A stretch of DNA of 57,269 nt from Chara braunii (Eukaryota; Plantae; Charophyceae), in NCBI GenBank assembly GCA_003427395.1, contig BFEA01000023.1, forward strand, positions 5,269,785-5,327,053, written 5' to 3'. Positions 46,831 through 57,269 of the stretch are shown here, piece by piece (positions within the stretch are counted from its first letter, which is position 1; every line of letters begins with the position of its first letter). The position numbers were made by a program, and so were the translations under genes. A model generated the notes under the pieces. It searched no databases. It was not told where the DNA came from and was given only the letters and a program-made list of their open reading frames with translations.

Positions 46831-47636
46831 CTTTCTCTTCAAAACATCAGACGATGTTTGTCGTCACATCTTTTTTACACCGAGCCAAGGCAATGACCAC
46901 CTGGGAGGGAACAAAAGGAGCCTTCCTTTTCACCGAGCCAAGGCAATGACCACCTGGGAGGGAATGGAAAGAGCCTTCCTTTTCATTCTTAAAATTGAGT
47001 TACATAACAGGGGTTTCCGGATTTTCTATTTGAACAAATGTTGAGTATGTTCTCAAAAAAAGATGGGGGAATTTGGTCGGATTGGGTGCAGATATCATCG
47101 CGATGGGAGATGTAAGATGGGGGAATTGTTACCTTAGTGGGGTGGTTTTAATGCTTTTTTATTTCTATTTTTGTTTTCTATTATTTTTTGTCTATGTCCT
47201 CTATAAAGTGACGCGTGTCAAGCGACGAAGTGGGAATTATGTTTTGAGGTAGCACTTGGTACGGGGTCAGTCCCTGGAAGTTACTAGAACCCTCCTTTTT
47301 TTCCACCTATTGACCACACGTAGTTCATTATTCCACTCTGCATCACCTTGGGCACTGAATCTGGTCCTGGAAGAATCTTGATCGAACCACGGATTCTCAT
47401 TGGTATTGAGGTAACATTCGAAGTATTTTTATCTGCTATCTCTGGAGTTGGGGTGTTGTGGTAGACCCCGGTAGTCTAGATCTGGGTGAATTTATAGGTA
47501 AGAGGACTACAGGAGTGTTTTTTTGGACTTCGATTGATAGTGCCTATGCGTGGGGCAGAACAAGGACATTGTGATGAAGTGAGAACAATATTTAGAGCAG
47601 TTCTATCGCATGAGTTTACTAAGCGACACCACTAAC

Positions 47637-47681
47637 ACCCCTGAAGAAGCCGGTACGGCGACCGACCGAAACATGTAGGGT
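47637..47681 (+). ncRNA. Minimal type-I hammerhead-like motif (stem II partly decayed)
   Basis: ACCC-CUGAAGA-AGCCGGUACGGCGACCGACC-GAAAC-AU-GUA-GGGU; palindromic stem III ACAUGU; downstream of, and on the same strand as, the second PLE RT. Confidence 0.7.
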
Positions 47682-48552
47682 CGCACGCCTAAGTAACTCG
47701 TTTGAGTTCATAGCCGTCGCGTTATTACTCTTTTTTTTCATGGCTATTATCGCGTCTAGGTTATTAATGATTTTTTTTCGTAAATTGTGCACGTGTGTGT
47801 CTCCTTCTCTCATCTCCTCATTTCTCTAACTCCTTTTCCTCCTTCTTCCTCCTTATGATGATGGCGATGCTTGTGCGGTGAGAAGGAATGTATCGTCTCA
47901 CTCCTTTTCCCCCTTCTTCCTCCTTATGATGATGACGATGCTTGTGGGGTGAGAAGGAATGTATCGTTCACGGTCACTGACCCCAGGAGAGAGAGGCTGC
48001 GTTACGGGCCGCCTACACCTAGGTTCCCCGCTAGGGACCGGCCGGCACGCCTTGGCCTGCTCCCCGCACAACACGTCAGGGTGGCTTCCCCGCCCTTTGA
48101 TGTGGCCTCCGACCTGATCGGGTGCACGCCACCTGGCGTGTCATCTAAGGACCTTTTGTGAACGGCATGGTTAGTAAGGAGGGGTACGACTAGGGCGTGT
48201 ACGGGTGTGTGGCGTGGGGTAAAACAAGTGTGGGGGTGAACTGAGTGGCCAATGGTGATGGTGACTTTGGGTGATCTACAGACAGAAACGGCCGAGTGGC
48301 TTATAACCGTCCAAGAGAGTTGTGTGCGGTCCAGCCTGGCGGTGGCGATGCTACGATCGGCTGCCGCTGCGGGAGTGGCCCCGTCGATCTCGTGGCTCCG
48401 GAGCGTGATGCAGGTTTATCATGCGGGGTGGAGGAGGGGCCGCCCCCCCACCTGGATGCGTTTGTGGATCGACCACGATTGGACAGTTTGGTGCGGAGCC
48501 ACAACGAGGAGCTTGAGGCAAGCTTTGAACGGCGAGCTGGAGGCCCGATATT

Positions 48553-48711
48553 ACGACAACGAAGACGACATCACGGACGATGCTAACAACGATGCAAGCA
48601 CGACCGGCAGCCATACCAACAACAATATCAGTGCAGCCAGCAACTACATCATCGACAACCACAATAACAACACCAACAGTCACAACAACGACACCCATAC
48701 CGCCTCTGCTC

Positions 48712-48748
<37 letters not shown>

Positions 48749-48930
48749 CGACATCAGTAAGCACAACAAAAGCGCCGACAACTTCGACGACATCAACAAT
48801 AATGAGATGGCGCACGACGGTGGAAAGGAAGGAGGGATTCTGTGCTTGAGCGCTCTAGGGAGTAATAATAACTACAACAACAACAATAACGACAACAACA
48901 ACATCAACAACATTAACGATAACAAACACG
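48553..48930. repeat. (AAC)n-rich low-complexity tract
   Basis: Runs of ACA/AAC trinucleotides. Confidence 0.85.
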
Positions 48931-51048
48931 ACACTGCTCACGAGGTGGTAAGTTCGATTGGGCAATCTCTTCCCCCCTCCTCCTGGATCTCTTCTTGTGT
49001 TCTTTGGCTGTAGATTGGGGGGACGGGCGAGTGGTGAGGATGATTGGTTGATTTGTAAACAGGAAGGCTGGGTGCGGGGGCCAGGAGTGGGATGGTGGCG
49101 TGAGGGGGTGGGATAGTGACAGCTAGATAGCTGGATGCATGGGTTGCAAGTGAGTGGTGGGTTTCACCGCATCCTGTTTTGGCCACGTGGCAACAGGACA
49201 ACTGTGGTTCGCTCAGGTCTTTGATCATTGGCTTGCCAAGCGGAATTGGCGATTTTCATTTTTTGCGGCTCTTTACAACTTAGGATTCGGCCACGTGTCA
49301 GGGCAGGCAGTGCACTGAAGATTGGCATCGGGGCTGCTTGTGTGATTGATTGGCGGGGCAGGCAGAGAAGTGACGATTGGCACTGGGGCCGCCTGTGTGA
49401 TTGATTGATGCCCTGCCACGTTCTTGACTTTTCCTGTTCGCACACGCCTGCGATAAATTAGGTTAGCTCGTGGCTATTAACCTCTGTAAACTGTGCCTCC
49501 CCACTTGAATGGATTCGTGGATTATGAGGATCGTGGGGGGGGATATGGTGCAGGTAACCTTTACATAATAGAGTGCAATGGTGGAATCAGAGTTTGTCCA
49601 AGGTTTTGCTATAATTGACTTTCTAGCCTTCTATTCTGAATGCCCCTCCTCCTTTCTAGCCCCCTATTCTGAATGCCCCTCCTCCTCGGGTGCTGCAAGA
49701 GCGATTTTGTAGATGATGAGGGATTCAGACTAGGGATATGACGTTAGACTGCGACGGCCAGTTAATCCCCTCGGTTGAGGGCAATCAATGCTGCTCGTCA
49801 GATTAATGATGTGTGCCTGGGTGTTGATTCAGGTGATCACTCATGTTTATAGTAGGATGGACACGTGGCACGGTTACATAACTCCTGAATGTTTACAAAC
49901 TACCCCTTCCAAGAATGTTGAGGGATGCTGGACCTGGTTTCCAGCAGGTGTTGCTCCCCACCAATAGATGGAGCCTCCCCTAGCATGCTAGTGGTGTCTG
50001 CCCTTATCAGCACCCCCAGCACTCACTCAGGTTGTTTCTTGAAAGGAAAAAAAAATAATAATAATAAAAATGATGACGATGCTTGGGTGGAGTCATTCAG
50101 TGTGAGGATTGCGAATGCTAATCGCCTCTTCTATTCGCCAGTACTGCACGATTGGCAGGCGATATCTGGCAAAAAAAAGAAATAAACAAAGCAATTGCCA
50201 GATTTTGTTTATCCTCTGGTCACGTGCGAGCAGTAGAGGATTTCTATTTGCCAATACTGTGTGCTTGGCGGCGATTTATGGTCAGTGTGGAGAAAAACAA
50301 AAAAGAACCAAACAGTTCCCAGATTCCGTTTCGATAGGAGGTCGCCTCCAAGTGCACTGGCGGGAGGCTTTTTGTTCACCAGTATCAAGCGGTCGCGTTT
50401 GTTTTTTCCTTTTTCACTTTCAACTGGAGGCTGCCTCCATCCTTGATACGAGCCCACCCTGAAGCTACATGGACCCTGCAGGGCGACCTCCGAGCATGCC
50501 GGAGGTCGGGAAAAAGTAGCTGGGTTGGGTAGTGGCGGATTAAACCACCAGTACATCCGAGTCTGTTTTCAACGAGGCAGATTCCTCCTGCGTGCCATGC
50601 TTTGCGGAACGCCAGCGCAGCATTTTTGTATTCATTTTGGGTGGCACCGCCAGCCTTTGTGGTCCAGTTGCTTTGTCACCAACCGGGCCGCCAGGGTCAC
50701 CTTGGCTGCCCGGGCGCCGGGGAAAAAACTATGTTGTTGTGCAAAAAAAAAAAACTGAATACATTTTTCTAAATGGGCCCGGCATCCCCTGCAAAGCAAG
50801 GCATCACCAGCCAACAGAGAAAAGTACGCGCAGCATATCAGTTTTTCTTATATACTTTTCTTGGATCCTTTTCATGCTTTTAGCTATTCTATTGATTTTG
50901 TTTCAAACAGGAACCACTTTGGTGCTTCTACACAGGTGTACGTAGAAAAAGCTGGTACAGACACACCCTCCATGTAAAGCTTGAAGTGAGGAATTGAGGA
51001 TTCTGTGGATTGTTTCATTTGACAGTGTGAAAGAGGACAAAGTTCGCC

Positions 51049-51243
51049 AAATCCAGTTCAAAAAGGAAATCCAATTAAAGACATGCTGCCTATTAGCATC
51101 ATAGCATATGTAAAAGGTAACAAAGAAGCTAATCCTCCCATATTGCGCATATCTTGTTCATCAGACATTGCATGAATCACAGAACCTGCACTCAAAAAAG
51201 GTAATGCTTGAAAAAGAGCATGGTTCATCGGATGAAATACACT
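51049..51243 (-). pseudogene. nad5: Nuclear mitochondrial insertion: nad5 fragment
   Basis: [64 protein letters not shown] matches the conserved ND5 segment; AT-rich, with a stop. Confidence 0.92.
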
Positions 51244-54214
51244 TTGTCGATTCGAGCGAGACGGGACCACGGCGCATATATTCTGCAAGGGATCTGCTGA
51301 ACGAACAGAACTATCTCTGCACAAATGAACAACTGAAAGGCAAACTGAGTAACTTATTTTGCTTTCCTGCGACGTCACTGAGGTTGGTGAAGCGTGGGGA
51401 CGACGCTTAGTTGAGTGTGGTAAACGGGACCCTCACAGGCGCCTGGCTATGGTTGACCTCGGCTGGTGTGTGCAGGCACTCCTTCATAGCTATAGAGGGT
51501 GCATGTGATTAGTGGGGTGAGCCGGGGGGCAGGGTCCATTTGCCGCAGCATACCAGATATGTAAACTGATCGGGAAGGCGCTGCACCCCGGTCCTCAGAT
51601 ACGGAGCAATGCTGTGTGGGTAGTCATTCCTTTCTGGCCTGGCCCAGTGGCTGGCTCTTTTTTCCTGGTTTCTCCTTCCTGCTGTCTCTTGCTTTGTGCT
51701 ACATCTGCCATTGGCTGCTGGAGTTTCTTGCTTTCACAGCGTGTTTTCACCTCAGGCGACTGAAGGACGGGCCGCATTTGGACCTTGGACGGCTGGATGG
51801 TTGGGCTTGGCCCAGCCCTCAGATTCATGCCGATCGTTTGGTGGGACAGGCTTTTTGCCCACTTCTTCCATGGGCTTGGAGCATCCTTCTCCTTACTTGG
51901 GAGGTAGGCACACGCTGTTGGTGACGCTGGCTTACCTGGTTGTTAAGACATACTTGGATGGACGAATGGAGCACAGCGATTGACAGGGACTGTTCGGCTG
52001 GATGATCAGAGTCATCGGTAGCATTTCATTTGGTTTCCCACCGAGCGTTGGGTTGCCGAGTGCCTGAAGATCACTGGGTAGTGTTGTTTGCTGAAGGCGG
52101 GAACGTTCGGGTTTTCGTCTTTCTTGGCTGATCTCGTCTTGCTTGGTGCTGGTGAATAAGCAGCAACGGCACTCTTGGGGATTCCTGCTCCCCCTTATTC
52201 TAGGTTGACTTTTACCACTGACATCCTCCACTGGCATTTGGGGTGTCGCTGGACCGTTGGACCATTGACATCCTCCACTGGCATGATTGTCATACAAGTT
52301 GGGTGGCTGTGGACACCAGACGTCGATCAATGCGGATTCCCTTCGACTTTCGTTGTTAACGTGGAAGTTGGGGGCGTCTCAATCATCCTATTTGCATGGG
52401 GCCTGAAGCCATCTCCCCTTCTTCGCCCCATTCCACTGGCTCATGTGTCCTTGTCATACCTTATGGACCCCGTTTCAGGATGTTAGCAGCAATTGTGCGC
52501 ATGGCTATCTGCTCTGCTGTGGTTGTAAAAATGACCGTGTGCTTTTTAACCTCGAATGCTTTGGGTTGTCTCACCATTTCAGGAGAGAGGTTTCGTGGGA
52601 TTCCGTGGTTGGCGTTTAGATTGGTGTTTTTTGTGGTTGGTGATTAGTTTGGTGTTTTGCCAGTTTTTTGGGTTTATTCTAAATGCGTCCATTGCCCCAC
52701 CTCGGTGGGCTCCTCTGAATTCTTGCCTTTCAGTTGTTTTGGTGCTTGCTGTCTTGTTTGCTTTTTGTTCGCTTTTTGCAATCTTTCCGACTCTGCGAGA
52801 TCTGTTTGTGCTTTTGCTGCTGTTAGCATCTCAATCTCCTCTGTTGTTCTCCTCGCCTTTTTGACTTGTAGGGATCGTCATTGTTCGTGGTTTTGCCCTC
52901 AGCCTCTCTTTTCGTTTTTACTCGTTGTTCGTGTTCGGCAAAGCGGTGAGACGGACGAGGTAGCGTCTCTCTGAGGAGACTCCATCATGGCGGACGGTGG
53001 GGTCTCCTACGGAGTTGATGCACATTGGTGGCGCAGGTTGCCCGAAATCGCAATGAGGTGGGGGAGTTTGCACGGTCTTCGACCCCCGCATTGCAGGTGG
53101 TAGGGTATTTCTGTTAGCTGGAGAAGATATCATGCAGAGGCAGTACATGTTTTGGACATCCGGCTCTTTATAGTTGGTTTTGGATTTTGCTTTCACCCAG
53201 TTTTCTGAGATGGACTGGTTAGCATAACTCTGGCGGGGCTTCCTTACGGAGGCCGGTGGATCTCCGTTAGAGAGCGGATGCAGATTGGGGCAGTGGTCTA
53301 CCCTACATTGCCTGGAGGAGAGAGGAGTTTTGCAGAGTCTTTGGGCCCTGCCGCACAGGTGGTAGGGTATTTCCGCTGGCTTGCAAACATGCCATCAGTG
53401 GATGCGTACGACTGCACTTACGTGCCAAGGGGAGTCGAAAACGTATATGGCACGAACAGAGTATACCGTGCAAGTACGCCCTGAGCACAGCATATCTAGC
53501 AACTTCCGCACGACTTTTCCTCCGGCTCTGATCACTGAAGACACCAAGACGTCATCCCGCCCAACATTCAATTCCAGGAGGACCCTCTCAATGTCATTGT
53601 CCACTGACCTCTAATCCTTCATCATGTACACGAACATCAAACACTGAAAATCCCAAGCTCAACTGCTACCGTCCCAGCTTTAGAGATTGGCAGCCCAGCT
53701 TTGGAGATTGCCAGCACACCTTTGGAGATGCACCGAGACGTGGACAGAGGGAGAACGAAAACACTCAAGAGCAAGGGAGAAGAAACTTGATAAATAGAAA
53801 AACGGTAGGATGAGGACGACAGGCGTCGACAGCCATAAATAAATAATAAAGCATCCGGAAATAAGAGGAATTAGCAAACAGCATACACAAAGAACAGGAA
53901 GTGCTCCTTGCTTACCCACAACTACTTTTCCTCTTCGAACAGCTAACCTGTCAGAATACGGAAAGAGAAAAGTTCGGAGACCATCAATTGCTGCAACACA
54001 CTGAACCAAACAAGACAAGACCATAAAGCCATCATGCTCTTTGTATTGGGACCTTGTTCAAAATTAGAACAGGAAAAGAGGGGCATATACACAAACGACC
54101 TGCATGGTACATAACAGACTCATTCATTGACAAAAGTCAGCAACTTGCCCATGGGACAACAGCCAATACAACAGTTCCGGGATCTCCAGACAAAAGTCGG
54201 CAAATCCCCACCTC

Positions 54215-54504
54215 TGTGTGTGTGTGTGTGTGTGTGNNNNNNNNNNNNNNNNNNNNNNNNNNNNNNNNNNNNNNNNNNNNNNNNNNNNNNNNNNNNNNNN
54301 NNNNNNNNNNNNNNNNNNNNNNNNNNNNNNNNNNNNNNNNNNNNNNNNNNNNNNNNNNNNNNNNNNNNNNNNNNNNNNNNNNNNNNNNNNNNNNNNNNNN
54401 NNNNNNNNNNNNNNNNNNNNNNNNNNNNNNNNNNNNNNNNNNNNNNNNNNNNNNNNNNNNNNNNNNNNNNNNNNNNNNNNNNNNNNNNNNNNNNNNNNNN
54501 NNNN

Positions 54505-54556
<52 letters not shown>

Positions 54557-54621
54557 CGTGTGTGGGTGCGTGGGTGTGGGTGCGTGGGTGTGTGCGCGTG
54601 GGTGTGTGCGTGGGTGTGTGT
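54215..54621. repeat. (TG)n microsatellite spanning a gap
   Basis: TG runs on both sides of the N block. Confidence 0.95.
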
Positions 54622-55335
54622 TATAAGCTTCCCCCACAACAACCCCTATTCCAACCAGATGAGTAGAACCGGACTGAGTCCGCCCAACACTTAAAAAAAA
54701 TCTTCTTTAACAGGCAGCACAAATCATAATAGAACCATTTTGATCCGTGTTTAGCTAGGGTTTCTTTGGGGCGACAGCTCCTCTTTCACTTTGCCTCGCA
54801 CGTACAAGGCTGCCCACGTTGATGGTGGTTGAGCGGCAGCTGCCCACATCCCCGTGTGCCTTAACGGCCCACTTGCACGTTATAATAAGAGGCAGAGTAA
54901 AGGGGAAGGTATGCTCCTGTGCACTTCAGTTCAGATCTTCATACTCCTGTTCATTTCACTTCAGATCTCCAGCTGTTCATTTCCCTTCAGATCTCCAGCT
55001 GTTCATTTCACTTCAGGTCTTCAGCATATGCTTAGTCTTTGTGTCTGTCGTTCGTCTTCATACTCCTGTTCATTTCTCTTCAAATCTTCAACTTTTACTT
55101 TGTATGTACTCTTACTGATGCTCTTTCGTATGTATTTCCTAGTTGCACATAAGGAGAGGGCGGAGGGAAAGGGACAGGAGGTAAGTCTGTCAGGACGTGA
55201 GGTAGGGGGAAAGCAGAGTGCAAGGGTAGGGCAGGCGAGAGGTATATGATGGGCTTCGCAGAATTCTAAACACTCACCTCTGGAATAGCACATGAGGTTC
55301 ATTGGTGTTTGGGTTGCACAAGGAGCAGTTATTGC

Positions 55336-57269
55336 CTATGGTAAGTGACCATCCCTACAGACCGGACAGGACCGGTTCGGGTGTGGACTGTGGAAGCACC
55401 GCATCCAGTTTTCACAGTCACAGTTGCTGCATCGAATGGCACGGCGCAGACAGATGTCACAGGCAACGTGGCACCTACATGCTAGGAACACGGAGGCACG
55501 TCGACCACAATTATAGAGGAACTGCCGTTCTAGCACCTGTCTACAAATTGGACATGACATGTCAGGGTGCCGTACATGAGTACAGTGCTGACTGTCGTCG
55601 TAGGTATGAAAGCAGAAACTCGCATGGACTATTCCTTCATAATCCTCACGGCACAAAGCATGTGAACCACATGCTAGTTGAATCTCCGGCGGGTCATCAC
55701 ATAGTGGCATAGAGCATGTTTCCTGGGTTTCCTCAGTATTTATTCCTTCTGTATGGGCAGACGACGACAGGGAGGGTCGGTCCAAAGCAAGGGCGTTCAG
55801 CTGCTGCAGGATTTGGTCCACAACAGCTCGCCTAGATGGTGATAAGCGATCAGTACCCCGCTCTGAAGCTGGTTCATATAGAGGCCCATTTTCCTCCTCG
55901 GGCTGCTGTGTGTGTCGCACGTCTGGCAAGGAAGAGGAAGAACCCTCTGCGGTTGCCGTAGGTGTATGACCAACACCGCATGTGGGACATGCTAGGAGAG
56001 GATGTGGTGGGTGATGGCACCGGGGATAGTCCACGCAGCAAAGACACATACTTTCTATGACTGCTTCCTGGAAACACTGACGACACATGGCATGTTGCTG
56101 ACATGTCATCAGTATGGAAGAATGACGTGCACAGTTATTTAAGCATGGCAGATCAAGGCCACAACGGCATGCTGGGCAAGTAATCATGGGGTGGGGGGGA
56201 TGAGCACAAGACAAGGGATCACAATTTTCGTGGGAGAGGCTAGCAGCGACCATCCCTTCATAATGTTCGGAGCAGAGGCTATGCCGTGTACACGCCAACC
56301 GAACTGTACCTGTGCCACTGCACAATGGGAGGGCACAGCCACTATCCTCTGGAGAGGTCCGTTCATTATTTGTGGTAGGACCAGCCAGATTGCTCTGCAG
56401 GGGGTGTAGTGCTTGCGAGTGGTGATCGACATACTGTTCCTGATGGACGAGCCAGACTGCGTGATCCTCCTCCATTTGGTGATAGAAAGAATTTACATTT
56501 CCTGTTGTGTGCACCCTGCCACCGTTGTCCCATAGGGTCCATGAGTTATCCGCAAAGGTAAAAGCACTAAAATGACCTGGACGATATAAGATATATGCCC
56601 GAATATTTGGATACATGCCTGGCACGTGGTTTTGAGGGGCAGGGTGGAATTGTAGTCGCCTACCCATAAATGCCATAGCCAGGACTTCTATGTTCACACC
56701 AGGCGCAGCACTGTCGTCCTCTGGGCATACGGCACGGTGCTCTTCTTCTATCCAGTGGACAACGTCTGCGAAATCAGCAACCGAATAAGGGTTACAATTG
56801 TAGGCAAGGAGACATGCATTGATGGCATAGTACGCACAGCGGCCTCGCTGTAGCGCTATGACATCGTTGGATTCCGCGGGTTGTGCTGGAGATTCGTTCA
56901 CAGCAGGANGAGATTCGTTCGATTCTGCAGATTGCACAGGTGGAGGAGACTCATTGCGGTCTTGACCAATTGGCTCTAGTATGCGCTCCGGAGAGAGACG
57001 ATCTTCAATCCGGGGCCCCATCAGGTAGCCAGAAGACGGGTCAATGTCATTTGGGACAGGGGAAGAAACGGGGCTAGTTGGATGAGAAAGGGGCGGGTCA
57101 GGGGGGTGAGAACTGGGTGGGTCAGATGCGGAAAGCGGAAGCTGATCAGCTGCACTTGTGCTCAGAGCGGCTGCCAGTCGTGCAAATGCTGCACAAGTAG
57201 CTGCACCTCGTGTCTGGTGCACACGGAGGCCTGCAGCACTGAAGAAATCATCCCCACATTGCGGGCATC
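55336..57269 (-). CDS. 5'-partial ORF: zinc finger, Josephin-like cysteine protease and four RING-like fingers
   Basis: The frame is open to the right edge (CPQCGDDFFSAAGLRVHQTRGAATC). LQRGRCAYYAINA...GVNIEVLAMAF...ILYRPGHFSAF...WTLWDN, then four C..C...LxC..H..C...HxxHP...CPxC units. Confidence 0.72.
   Translation of the reverse strand, partial: CPQCGDDFFSAAGLRVHQTRGAATCAAFARLAAALSTSAADQLPLSASDPPSSHPPDPPLSHPTSPVSSPVPNDIDPSSGYLMGPRIEDRLSPERILEPIGQDRNESPPPVQSAESNESXPAVNESPAQPAESNDVIALQRGRCAYYAINACLLAYNCNPYSVADFADVVHWIEEEHRAVCPEDDSAAPGVNIEVLAMAFMGRRLQFHPAPQNHVPGMYPNIRAYILYRPGHFSAFTFADNSWTLWDNGGRVHTTGNVNSFYHQMEEDHAVWLVHQEQYVDHHSQALHPLQSNLAGPTTNNERTSPEDSGCALPLCSGTGTVRLACTRHSLCSEHYEGMVAASLSHENCDPLSCAHPPHPMITCPACRCGLDLPCLNNCARHSSILMTCQQHAMCRQCFQEAVIESMCLCCVDYPRCHHPPHPLLACPTCGVGHTPTATAEGSSSSLPDVRHTQQPEEENGPLYEPASERGTDRLSPSRRAVVDQILQQLNALALDRPSLSSSAHTEGINTEETQETCSMPLCDDPPEIQLACGSHALCREDYEGIVHASFCFHTYDDSQHCTHVRHPDMSCPICRQVLERQFLYNCGRRASVFLACRCHVACDICLRRAIRCSNCDCENWMRCFHSPHPNRSCPVCRDGHLP

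Noticed and set aside
48252-49013. 253-aa Asn-rich ORF
   Set aside because: Length is driven by the (AAC)n microsatellite; no recognisable domain.
51400-54030. Short ORFs possibly from an old TE or gene
   Set aside because: No motif I can recognise; a profile search would be needed.

Overview
Eukaryotic, repeat-dominated scaffold with N gaps. It is probably from a streptophyte alga such as Chara (inferred from plant-type U6/U2 sequences, a plant-type nad5 fragment and the TE types). Main contents: (1) A minus-strand ORF of at least 2,178 codons (6535 to the left edge), missing from the ORF track, with a signal-like N-terminus and Ser/Glu/Lys/Pro-rich repeats. (2) A Penelope-like retroelement with the permuted GIY-YIG-before-RT order (Chlamys/Naiad-type), a zinc-knuckle ORF, and terminal repeats carrying minimal type-I hammerhead ribozymes with a U3-A8 core; a second decayed PLE has its own hammerhead-like motif. 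(3) A decayed Ty3/gypsy element with a PHD finger between RNase H and integrase and a chain of accessory ORFs joined by ATGA stop-start overlaps. (4) An ORF entering from the right edge that encodes a zinc finger, a Josephin-like protease and four atypical RING-like fingers. (5) Several U6 and U2 snRNA retrocopies, tail-only retro-insertions, MITEs with CNG target duplications, a LINE 3' end, a nad5 NUMT, satellites and two Nextera adapter artefacts.
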